A DNA stretch of 63,093 nucleotides, the filler included, from Lenisia limosa (Eukaryota; Protista; Breviatea), in the NCBI GenBank assembly GCA_001655205.1. It is 8 parts of 8 records of this genome, joined end to end, with 100 filler letters (N's around TTAATTAATTAA, not from the genome) between each part and the next. Parts side by side here need not be neighbours in the genome. Positions count along the whole stretch, not along the records: positions 1 to 26,273 come from LPNZ01007216.1; 7 more parts are not named here. The stretch is one strand, 5' to 3'. Shown here piece by piece: positions 11,801 to 23,800 of this stretch. Position numbers and translations under genes: made by a program. The notes beneath the pieces are model-generated. The model worked only from the letters and a program-made list of their open reading frames with translations. It was not told the origin of the DNA and ran no database searches. Positions within the stretch are counted from its first letter, which is position 1. Every line of letters begins with the position of its first letter.

Positions 11801-14243
11801 TTAGGTACAGGACCCCAGGATAGTTACCTCTTCGACGTCTCAATAACGCTAACTGGAGTGGAAGAATTCCTGGGGGTACGCTATATCGTTTTTCATGACG
11901 TTTGCAGAACTTAGACATTTCAAAAAATTCGCTGATGGCAGTTCTAACAGAGGACGGAGAAGTCATTTCAGCATCATCAAGCATCACAACAATCTCTCCA
12001 AGACCAGCAACCGTAAGTGAATGCAAGAGGATGATAGGACCTCATTTTTCAGATTCCAATGTCATCCTTGACATCGCCAGAGCTTCTGAGGGTCATGGCA
12101 GCTATTTGGCCACAAAATGCGATTGGGTTTGTTATTCTTGACTTCACAAAAAAGGCTGGATTTTGTTCCGCTCTCAGAAGAGTATATGCCGAGTTCTATG
12201 AGTGTGAACACCCTAATGAAATCTACAACCACCTTCTCTTCCCCAGATACCATTTATTCTGTAAGCCAACTTTTTTTTGAATTCCGAAGAGTCACTAGGG
12301 CTTTTCTCATGAGCGAATCTCACCTTGTAAGGTCTCCGGCTATGACACTCTTCATGGTATCCGATTGGTGGTTGTTAGCATTGTTCCTATTTCGGATTAC
12401 GATGAAGTGGTATGTTGGCCTTTGCCTCTTTGAAGCACTGACTGTTCAGTTTGACGATATTGAAGAGTTGATGGACGACAATAGAAAGAGTGGATATTTA
12501 CTCATTGTTCTTGTCAGTTTTTGCAGTTTGCTCTTGTGGGTGGAGATGACAATCTAGAGTTATCTGGAGAGAGTAGTAATATATTTTTACAACATAGGAG
12601 TGTGTTGTGTGCTACTGTGATCACAAGCCAAGTCACACGGCCGATCCACCAAATCTCAAACCGCATGCAAACTATTGCTGCCTTCAGCTTTGAAGACTTA
12701 CAGGAGGAGTTTGTGGTGTTTTTTTCATCTAAGATCTTTAACCTAACAAGCACTCTTCTTGACACTTTTAGGACAACCAAACTCAATCAAACTCGTTTAT
12801 CGGAAGTCCAGTCCTTACAGTCATCCTTCATTGTAATGCGAAGGAACCTGGTGTCATTTTCTCGGTTAGTGAACCACATTAAGTTCATTATTTTTACACT
12901 TCAGATATGTTCCTAGTAATGTCGTCACTCTGTTGAACAATAAATCAGAAGAAGCCACAGTAGGGACAAATATGGACTTCTGTGAACACTTTAGATTGGA
13001 GTCATACCCCGTGTTGTTACAATTTGTTTCAGCGACATTCAAAGCTTTACTACCATGGCTGAAAGGCTAGCTCCAAATGATTTACTCCTTGTAAGCCCTC
13101 CATTCCGCTGATCCTCAGTTTCTTTCAACTTATTTGGACGCCATGTCAGATATTATTATGGACTCAGAAGGCACCGTTGGTGAATTTCTTGGAGAGTATG
13201 CTGGACTTGGTGTTGTATATTTCAAACAATCAAGTCCTTGCTGCCATTCTCATATTCTGTTTTTGACATTTCAGTGGGATTTTGAGTTTTTGGAACGCTC
13301 CCATGACCGTTGCAAATCATGCAGAGAAAGCCTGTAAAGCCATTCTTGATATGCACGCTACAGTCGAGGTCATCAGCCGGAACCTCCAAGTAGGCCGCTT
13401 CTATGATTTCGGTGCTAACTCAGTTAGGAGGAAATCCCGGAAATTGGCGAAATTCACATTCGGTGTGGTGTGGTCACTGGACGAGCCCTTTGTGGCAATA
13501 TTGGTAAGGGGTTCAACAATATTTACCTTTGGCTTTTGATTGAATTCAAATACTCCTCGGTATAAATGCCGTTTGAGTGTTTATATTTTTAGGCTCTGAA
13601 AGACGAATGAAGTATGGAATTCTTGGAGACAGTGTTAATCTAGCGTCACGATGCGAAGGGCTTTGCAAAGAATTTGGTGTAATTGGGATGAGAGTAATTG
13701 CAAACGCTTTCCTTGTCACGTTTCTAGGTGTCCTCAATTGTCTCAGAAAAATGTTATAACGAAATCAAAACGGCATTCCATTGCCGCCTGTTGGATAGGG
13801 TCAAAGTGAGAGTGCATTTCTGTCATCACCCCATCAGGTTGAGGGACGGAAGGCCCCAAGTTTTGTTTTTGAGCTTATTGGACCACAATGCCCCCCATCT
13901 TATTCGAACAATGTTGCCCTTGAAGTGGATAAAGATATTGAGATGGCCACCTCAAATGATACTTCAACGAGGAAAATCGAAGCTTACCAAGACTCTTTGA
14001 ACGTAGGAGCCGCCTGGGTTCACTTTAGCTTATTGTGTTAGTATCTCTGGGAAAATTCAGAAGAAGGCTTCAACAATTGCATTCGATCCTTGGAAGATCT
14101 TATCGATGAATTTGGAGAAGTAAGACTTTCACAGCCTGACCCTATAGGACAAGCCAAGCCAACGGCTGATAACCTTGGCAAAGTCGTATCTCGTGACGCC
14201 TCCTCCAGCTGACTGGGATCGCGCCGTCCGATGTGTCAAGTAA
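8823..14243 (+). CDS. Transmembrane class III nucleotide cyclase (TM-extracellular sensor-TM-HAMP-cyclase), probably guanylyl cyclase
   Basis: HAMP-like VITSQVTRPIHQISNRMQTIA...LSEVQSLQSSF; catalytic motifs TICFSDIQSFTT, GTVGEFLGDGILSFWNAP and KYGILGDSVNLASRCEGLCK; C-terminus PPPADWDRAVRCVK* (TAA 14241-14243). Hydrophobic segments near 9790-9890 and 12500-12620. Start codon and 5' exons are tentative. Confidence 0.85.
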
Positions 14244-15119
14244 AGGAAATGGGGTTATTATATTTGTTTGTATCTGTCTGTGTATGTAAAAGATGATGTT
14301 GTATAATCTGACGTTTGATAAATTTATTATGTTCCGCGGTGACTCCAATGATAATATTATTGTTTTAGTCGTCTGTACTCGACCTCACATTTTTACGTTA
14401 CACATTTCAACTCTTTATACAACTCAGCCTGGGAAAGACTCTCCCTTGGATTGGATTTTATCAAGTGGCCTAAAAACAACCTCAGGTTGACCTCATGTGA
14501 TTGCTACAGTGGGAGGGCTCCACGCCACCGGATTCCTGTTTTGCTAATGTGGACACATTGTGATGTATACAATCCATGTCAAATATCACGAGCCAAAATC
14601 TTTCTCTGACCAGGACCTTTCGATTCCCACCCATATAGAATCAGTTTAATGGGAGGGCTAGGTTCATTGGCAGGTGGGGGTGAGGAAGGAATATGTTCCT
14701 TCAGAAAAAGCGTTACGGTTCGAAAGTCTATCACTTTTTGCCGACTTAAAGGAAATTTACAATCTACAAAAGCCCGAAGCAAGATTAGACAACATTGGGG
14801 ACAATGGTGTACGTAATTTTGAGGGAGATGGTACCCGGCCCGTTGTCGTACTCTGGGTAATTAGAACATGAAACGAAGCACTTTCTCAGAAAAGAAGCTC
14901 AATCAAGATTCGAAATAAAGGGTGCACACAAAACTCCTTTGAGAAAAGAGTTTGTCAAGGATTCCAACAAACGTTAAAGAAAACAACTATTTACTCAGGC
15001 CCCTTTACAACTGTCCTTGGAATTCTGACATCCTATGATAGAGTAATATCATAATATATTCAATATTCGTATGTTTTATACTAAGCACATCTGGCAATAT
15101 TAGATTGTAAATTTGCAGT

Positions 15120-18100
15120 TTAAACCATCATCCCACCAGAGATATCATAGTAATCCTCAATTCCTCCGAAGGTGTGTAGCTCGCCTTCAGACACCCGAAT
15201 CCCATTGCTGGTCTGAATCATGTCAATCCCACGAAAAGGTCAAGGAAAATCATACTTTTTGGTAGCAATATGTGGTGGTAATCATGTCAATAGAAAGAGC
15301 AGAATATGTTATCATATTGTTGGCAATATTCAGCAATGTAGTAGAAAAGCCCAACTTCGATCAAACACATTGGAACACTCCTAAGGGTTTTTAATATCTC
15401 ACGTGTAATCGCTTCGGATGTTTCATCATTATTACAGAGCGGGTTTTTCTAAGTATTGCAAATAACGAAAAGATCATGCAAGTTCCCAGAACAAACCATG
15501 TCAATGTTGATCATGTTCTTGCTCGACGTGCCATCGGTCGTTACAAAGGGGAAATCATATGGGTACACCCACTTTTTGGACTGGAATATCAGGGGTTGAA
15601 TACGTCGCAACCTGTGTTGTTTTTATGGTGCTCTATTGTATTTCAAGACTGATATAAGTATGTATATGTAGTTTCTTCTGATCTCAAATATACCTTTATT
15701 ATGGAATAATGCAAAGTTTAACTTGCATTAATTATCTTGTAAGAACTTCGTTGCTATGATGAAGATTGAAATTATGTATAGCTTACCAAGTAGAATGGGA
15801 AAACACAATCTTCCAAATCCCGTGACCAGTTTCGAGCAACAATATAGTAGCCATCTGATGTGGTTAAAGAAGACACAGCTAAGGAACAAACACAGCAAAA
15901 AACGTATTCAACTATTGATACTCTGAAAAGCCCTACTGACAAGTGCTGCCATAGGCCCATATTATAGAACCTCCATGCATTCCTCCGGATACATACTCAA
16001 TTCTAAGTGGTGGTGAGGGTAGAGTATCGAATACAATGGGTTCTGGAACTCATGTGAACAATCAAATGAGATAATTATTTGTAAATGTGATGAAATGACT
16101 GTAGTCACCATTAGTGCTTCATTTCAGCTCGAAAAAAATGAATTTATCGATAAATCCTCGATATTTCACCGCTGTTTTTCGGACCGAAGTGAAACCCTGA
16201 CCACCACCCTGAAATGGAACAGAGACCGAAGTAATTTTGGACTGTATTTTCCCCCTTCTGACAGCAAAGGCGGACCACGGTTGACCGTATATAGTATATT
16301 ACTTTTTCTATTGCAGCAACAATGTTGTACTGAGTAGTCCCGAGTGCTAGGAGTGCCCCCAGTGCTATGAGTCGGCCCCCAGCTCACTTAATATTGGTAA
16401 TTGTTCCGTTGATTGGCATGGTGTAGTTGGTGAACACGTTGCCAGTCCATGCGGCCTCCACTGGCCATTCATAGACCAAGGATGACGTGGCAGCTGGAGG
16501 GAAATAATGCAAACAAAAACAAAAATATTCAACAGGATTTTCTAATACNNNNNNNNNNNNNNNNNNNNNNNNNNNNNNNNNNNNNNNNNNNNNNNNNNNN
16601 NNNNNNNNNNNNNNNNNNNNNNNNNNNNNNNNNNNNNNNNNNNNNNNNNNNNNNNNNNNNNNNNNNNNNNNNNNNNNNNNNNNNNNNNATAGGAGTCCCT
16701 GTGATGGTTGTCAATGAGAACTCCCAAAGAGACGAAATCTGGGGGAATAATGTTAATTGTCAAAAAACAAACTTAAATGTGAAACTAAGCTTGGATATCA
16801 AGGTATCCAAATAATATGACATACATGATCATTATAAGGGAAATCAAGTACGTTTTCTGATGATCCCCATGAAGACTATTCTTATGTTTACCACATCGTC
16901 TCCATGCAATCAATAAATATGGTCTGGGCAGCTTACCAGACCCCATCTTTTTCATTTTCGATTCCAAAAAATACTGAATACCTAACATTCGATTTTTTTT
17001 ATATTACTCTTCCGACCTAAATGAACCAATTTTGATAATTACATCCCCTTGCCTACCAGGATAACATCTGATCCTGAGCACTTCAACTCCTTTTCACTCT
17101 GAATTGTTACAAACGCTAAAAAAGACAAATTAAATCAAATTTACACTCCAATTGGAAATGCGTTGATATAGCTGTGTGGAATATGAGGAAGGTTTCATGA
17201 TAAACTGCCTCACAAAATGACATATGATATACAACTATGGTGGAAAAGAATACCAGGTCTTATAGCTATACATGCATACGATATGTAGAAATGAGAAAAA
17301 AGGGAAACTTGCAAAGTGATACAATTTACCAGATTCTCTTTTCGCAGTTAGAATGCCCCCAACCTCCATGATACAGATGAAACTCAGAGGAACTCCATTG
17401 GTCAAGTTGCGGAACGTCGCGATTGCAGGGCTGGCAAAGTTCTCTCCTATTTTGTGAGTGCAACCAGTTTAGGATCAAAAGACTGGTTAATAATCGATAT
17501 CGGATTTATAGACTATGTAATAAAAGAGAAAATTGGGTGATGTGTAAAAGAAAATCAGCAACCAACCCTGGATTGATATCAGCTTGTTTTCAGCAGAGGC
17601 CAGAACAGAGTGAGCGATTGGCTCTTTGGGTGACACCAAATTATCTGCGAAATTAGAAATGAAATAGTCTAAGTTCATGTGATTTCACAGAGTTGGAAGG
17701 CAATAAATTGGGGGGATCGTTTTAAATAATCAATATTCCAGAGAGTGAGGGTTTCGGTATGATATTAAAACCTTTGATTTATTTCTCATTTCTAATTATT
17801 GATTCGATAAATCCTCAAGTCCTGTTTCTTCAAATTAATATTTTCATGTCGCCAAACTTCATAAATTGACGGTCCACCTCATACCGACAAACTAAAGAGG
17901 TAAGAAAAGTAAAACAGATCGATCAGAAAAGCTACAAAAATAACATTGTGATGGGAGAAGTGACATTTTCCAACCTTCCATCCGGTGACCTCATCACATC
18001 CGAGGCTGCAGACATCCGCATCCGTAGGTAAGCCTGAAACCTAGCTGCGTAAGGAGGAATGTAGGCTATTTCAGCTTAACTATAGTCAAAATGATGACAC

Positions 18101-20400
18101 AATCAAGAGGGTTTCAGATGAATCTGAATAAAAGCCACTCCATACCTTAAGTGGCTTATCAAGCAAGAGATAATCCGGGGTAGATAGGATGCCCAAGCAA
18201 GTCGTTAAAGCCAGGGTCAGACTAAAATGCGATGAGTCATTATTTTGAGGAAGACAGCCTTAATGATTTGCCACTTTCTGCTGATTATATGAATCTGATG
18301 GTTAGATATACATGTTTCAAAGCATGACAATGTATCATAGGCTGGGGATATAAAGCATGCCAATGTATCATAGGATGGGGATATAAGTGTATGCAGTGAA
18401 CACTGTGAATTTGAGCATAAATAATGAAAAAAAGCGCAAAAAATTCGAAATCAATTCAGGGAAAACCGACATCCGAAGCATTGGTAACCTCCCAAAGTTG
18501 ACTGATATTAATCCCAGGAGGAAGGAAAGTTGTTTCTTGATTCTGAAATTAAAAAAAAAAATACATTTTACAATACATATTGGCTGAGGAATTAGGAAAG
18601 AAAATCCCAGTTTACAAGTTGAGTAGTAATCAAAATTTCATTTCATACATCCTCCTGGGATGACATTATACTGATAAAGCCTCGCTTACATAACAAGTAC
18701 TATTTGGGGGATTCTTAAAACGTACATGGTTGTCCTCCAATAAAAACTGGCGACAAAAGAGTACACACTACTCAGAGTTCTAATGGATAAGATGAGAATG
18801 GGGGGGAAAAAAGAATAATAAGAGCAACCCAGAATAATATTATTTTTTGAGCATAAAACATCAGGGAAACATAAGACGATGTTTAACCCCCCTACCCAAA
18901 ACTGAGGTGGTTGACACTTTTCAANNNNNNNNNNNNNNNNNNNNNNNNNNNNNNNNNNNNNNNNNNNNNNNNNNNNNNNNNNNNNNNNNNNNNNNNNNAG
19001 CGCAGTGGTAAGAGATTGCAAGAATTAAATTCATGTATTTTTCTTGGGTACAAAATAAGATCCTGATATATTGAAAAACACAAACAAGCAAAATTTCTTT
19101 TGTACTTTTGTACTGCACTGTTCAAGTTCAGTTGAAATCTAGGCCCAGGGTATAAGAGTATTGAAGGATATAGAAGTTGACGAGTAAAAAACGATACCCA
19201 ACAATGGCAGTGCTACATTGGCTTAGTTGCCTAGTTTGCGCTGAGACGTTCAAAGAGCCTGTCACCATGTCTGTGGCCATACTGTCTGTAAGCACCATAC
19301 CAATGTGTGTGTGGGGGGGGGGGGTCAGTNNNNNNNNNNNNNNNNNNNNNNNNNNNNNNNNNNNNNNNNNNNNNNNNNNNNNNNNNNNNNNNNNNNNNNN
19401 NNNNNNNNNNNNNNNNNNNTAGTGCCCAGAATGTCAAACCAAGGACTGCTTCCTCGGTGGGAGGGGGTGATGTTAGTTGTGGTCAGAGTAGGTTCCCTAT
19501 GAAACACATAAAAGGAAAGGAACCTGCTCTGACCACAACTAACATTCTGTCCTCTTCCACGCGTTTGTGCTGGTATTTGCTTTGTGTTTCATGAAGTATC
19601 AATTCCCGAAAAAAGTGGTTTCTTCACGATTGCTTACAGTGCAGGTGAAAACAAATGTTGTACTGGCTAAGCTGTGCCAAAAGGAACAGCTGACGAGACC
19701 GTCGTAGAGATGAGGTGGGGAAGGCGTTGATGGTCGGCTGGGCTTCCATTAGGTTCTAAATTTTACCAATCTACGAGTCATATCATTTGTCGAATTGAAT
19801 AACTTACATGGCAGATTTGCCTCTATGTCCGAGTACTCCGAGGCTGCAAAGCTCACCATCTTGCCAAAACCTGACTCGCTGATCCGTGGTATGGAAAGGG
19901 ATTATTCTTCTATGAAAAGAAAGAATACTTCACTCATGCGAAAATGACCGAAACCGAAGCCATATCACTTTGCAGTGTTCATGGTGTTTACGGTGAAGCC
20001 ACTGAGAAAAACGACCCTGAGTGTTTCCAGCCCGCCCTTTGCTGATCTCAACCGTCTGCCCGAAGTGCCGTCGAGAGCAGGCTTTGTGGCTGTTGAGTGG
20101 GGCGGAATGCGGGCGTGATTTGGTCGGATTTTGTACTTTTATGGATAAGTTTTTAATAGATTTTTTTGTAATAGAGGTTAATATAGTATATTTTTGGGTT
20201 GTTTCTCGATTCACAAATGTTAAAACACAAAGGGGGTTCACTACCCAAGAATCAATCATGGAAGGAGGCCAGAGACGAATTGTCCATTTCGGGAGTGATA
20301 AACTTTTCTGCAAATATTAGGTAACCACAAATGAGAATTTACGCCAGATCGGGGGTGTCATGGACATGGTTCAAGTTCCAGAAAATTGGGATATCCACAA
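15120..20400 (-). CDS. Multi-exon gene encoding an extracellular-looking protein; may be the 3' continuation of the 20900-26230 gene
   Basis: Minus-strand exons with canonical junctions, e.g. ATSSLVYEWPVEAAWTGNVFTNYTMPINGTITNI, LPTDADVCSLGCDEVTGWK, DNLVSPKEPIAHSVLASAENKLISIQ, TSNGIRVSEGELHTFGGIEDYYDISGGMMV*. Gene limits are not resolved; it could extend to about 14300. Confidence 0.4.
16112..16199. mobile_element. MITE, same family (diverged)
   Basis: TAGTGCTTCATTTC...CCGAAGTGAAACCCTG with the internal TTTATCGATAAATCCTCGA core. Confidence 0.8.
18320..18386. repeat. 33-bp tandem duplication
   Basis: AAGCATG(A/C)CAATGTATCATAGG(C/A)TGGGGATATA twice. Confidence 0.8.
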
Positions 20401-20899
20401 ATAGTTTCGATGACGTTATCTACAACTATTTTAAGATTTTCCTCAGTGATAACCACCATGCTCTCGCTATATAATGCGAAGTATAATATTTTGTATTAGT
20501 TGACTCTGTCGTTTGAGATAAATGGCATGGAACGGGGGGGAGGGGGGACTTGAATTACCATTTATCCTCCTGACAAATAATAAATAGATAAATAAACAAT
20601 AATAAAAAGGATTAGTAGAGCCCCACAGTGTGTTGCGAGCCAGCTGAAGCATTAATAATAACCCAGAAAATAATTAGAGTTTGCACACAGGATGAACACC
20701 CACCAACCGCAAATGTACTTGTAATTCTGGGAGAACCCGTTAATAATATTCATCTGAAGGGTTAAGGAACGTAGTCCACATATTAACCAATACGAAAGGA
20801 TACCAAAAAAAGGAGAATACGTCATAAGGACAGCACTGAGTGATGATATGTCAATACTATGATATCATACATACGCATCGAATAATCATTTCCATCCAG

Positions 20900-23800
20900 C
20901 TCCCTACATTATCCCTGACAGCCGAGGAGGTGCAACTGGTCTTTCCAGTGGCAGTAGTCATAATGTATGAAGTGGGACATTCTGCACGGGTGAGTGTTGA
21001 GGAAGTTAGTCACTATAGCCATTATATCAAAACATTGAGTTTATTCTCCCAGAAAAACAATATACTTACTCCACTACTCCCTTCTTACTTCCCCAAACAG
21101 CAATGGAGAAATGTGTTGACGACATTATTGTCCGACCTGGATTGTTAGCGTTATCAATTTAAGCAAGAGGAAGTTGAGCTCCTTAGAAAGGAATATTTCA
21201 TACAGATTTCAAAAAATAAAACTGATATATGCAGCCTTATTACTGCATTTACTAAAAATCCATATATTTGTCAGTCTTGAACTGCCTCACCTCCAGGGCA
21301 GTCAGCGTGAATTAAAGTCGTAACGTCAACCTGGGGGGGGGGGTGAGTTGAAAAAAATATTGAGATCAATAAAAAAATACACAGATTTATTTGAGACCAT
21401 AAAAGAGTTCAACAGAAGTAGTTGACAAAATAACCTCCCATGCAAGGCCTACTGGAGTGGTGGAGGGGGTAATACTACTGCCAATAGTGAATGTTTGGAA
21501 GGCACATGCAAACATCTTGCCAGCGTCTATGGAAGTTAGAGGCATGGGAAGGGGATTTCTGCACCCAATTTGAATCACAAAACCAGTGTGATAGCAGAAA
21601 TTCAACTCAAAAAAAAAAACAAAAAAAAAATATTTTACCAGTCTCTCCAAGAGCAGCCGTCATCAATCCCCCCCACTTGTTGCTATTAAACAGCCGCGAT
21701 AGTTGCACTCAATGTCATCAATAGTGCCTTGCATACCTCCAACGTCATTGATCTGAAGGGTTAGGCAATGGTGGGGGCGAAATACGTAAGACAGGCCACT
21801 CCGGTTAGTTGTCAATGAGCTTTGACATGGCTCCTCACCAAGGACCAAGGAGGGATTGCTTTTTAGTAGCGTGTTCGGTTTTAGGATGCGGTTTTAGGAT
21901 GCAATTTTAAGATGCGGGTGCGGCCCATCAGAATACACTGCATATAGTGAGCCGTTTACATAGCCCCTTCCCCAACACATTCAACCCTGATGTATTCATG
22001 TACCCCTAGATTAAATTTTCACTATTTTCTTGCCCCCCCCCCCCCCCCCCNNNNNNNNNNNNNNNNNNNNNNNNNNNNNNNNNNNNNNNNNNNNNNNNNN
22101 NNNNNNNNNNNNNNNNNNNNNNNNNNNNNNNNNNNNNNNNNNNNNNGAATTAGAGTATCAGTTATTCGGTTGTTGTTGAGGGGGGGGGGTAAAACGAAGG
22201 AAATTTCGATGAATAGACGCGAACCGAATAATCTGAAACACCAAAAAAAAAAACAATAACGTTAGGGGGTGACAGGCGGGTTTATACATCCCGCTACTTG
22301 TTTGTGGTTATCTCCAATAGCGTTGGTCAGTCCGAAGCCGTAGCCATTTTCTGTGAAGTGTCATCATGTGTTTTTGCTCAAACAAATAAGAGCACAATTT
22401 GATGAAGGCAGTGAGGAAAACTACCCATCAAAGCACTCCACACTTCCCCATCAAATGGAATATCTTATTTGGGGGTAATGAAGCACCACAAGGTTACCCT
22501 AGGTAAACAACAAGACAATGTCGATTGTTTATATATCGCTCATTATAATGTGTTTTTCTGAAACATGATTTGAGGACAATACGATATTTGGTTATGAGGT
22601 ATACGTCCCAAAACAAGGCAAACCTGTGATGCAATAACTCAGGTTGTGTTCAGTCGCACACTTCTTAATTGTTCCTCCCTACATGCGTCAATATTTGCCT
22701 AGACCAGATACGAACCTAGGACTGGGGTCCGATAATACAACACACAATTCTTCTTCACTCAGAACCAAATAACTGCCCACCCACCCCTGGAAGATTCATG
22801 GGGACGCTCAACAACAGATTGTTGGTCGCATCAGACCCCTCGAAGACTTTCTGGCCGCCATATCCGCCGACAACCCACGACCCATCGCCTGCGAAGTGAG
22901 AAATGTCATTGTGGAGTATTTGCTGTTTTATCACTCTTTAGCAATATCATAGTCAGAAAATATACTTGATATGGGAAATCTGAAACAAAGCCCACTTTTC
23001 TGCACTACGGTGGCGTAGGCTCCAATCCGCATTTTGACAATATTCGACACTCCTGACTGAACAAAAAATTTAGTTGATCAGGGACAGAGTACTATGAAAA
23101 AACTATGATGCATATGAAATGATACCATGAATTGTTTTACGGTTCATCCCAAAATCGTTGATTACTTACACAGAACTTAAGCTCAAGTTTGGAGTTTAGC
23201 ACCCCCCACCAAAGTTGGAATGTTGGAATGGGTCACATCGTTTCGAAGCAGCTGTCCCTGGCTGTTTTGCCCCCATAAGTACGCCTTTCCTTCAGCTGTA
23301 TTGTCAAAATTGTAATAATATACAACTAATAAAACACTTTGAGATCCTTATTAGGGACTTGAAGTTTTCATGAGTTTTTCAAGATAAAGTCTTGAAGATT
23401 CACGAGAGGAAGAGATGACAATAAAACAGTGGGGATCAAGATGAGAACCCCATCTGTGTTAAAAGGTCATAACTAGGGCTTCACTTCGGTTAGAAAAAAG
23501 ACTGAATTTCTCAAAAAATCTTCGAAAACTATCGATATTGTGTCTTTTTCGAACTGAAGTGAAACCCAAGTCAGAGCCACCCCCCCCCCATACTAAGCAG
23601 TCCGAAGAAATATGTGCCCGATCCGAAGTAGTCAATGGGGGCATTGAGAAGGCCGGTGTAGCTCACTACGGTCGAGACGTCCGGTGTGATGGTGCTGCCA
23701 GCGACCTGAAGAGGTGAAGGCTTCAATCTGGTGAACAGTTGTCGCTTCCTTGGATCTATTGTTGAATAAATTGGAGCTGTAATAATCCATGACTAAGTTG

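Noticed and set aside
21870-21920. GGTTTTAGGATGC tandem repeat as telomeric sequence
   Set aside because: Only about three 13-bp units, intronic, and not a pure telomere repeat.
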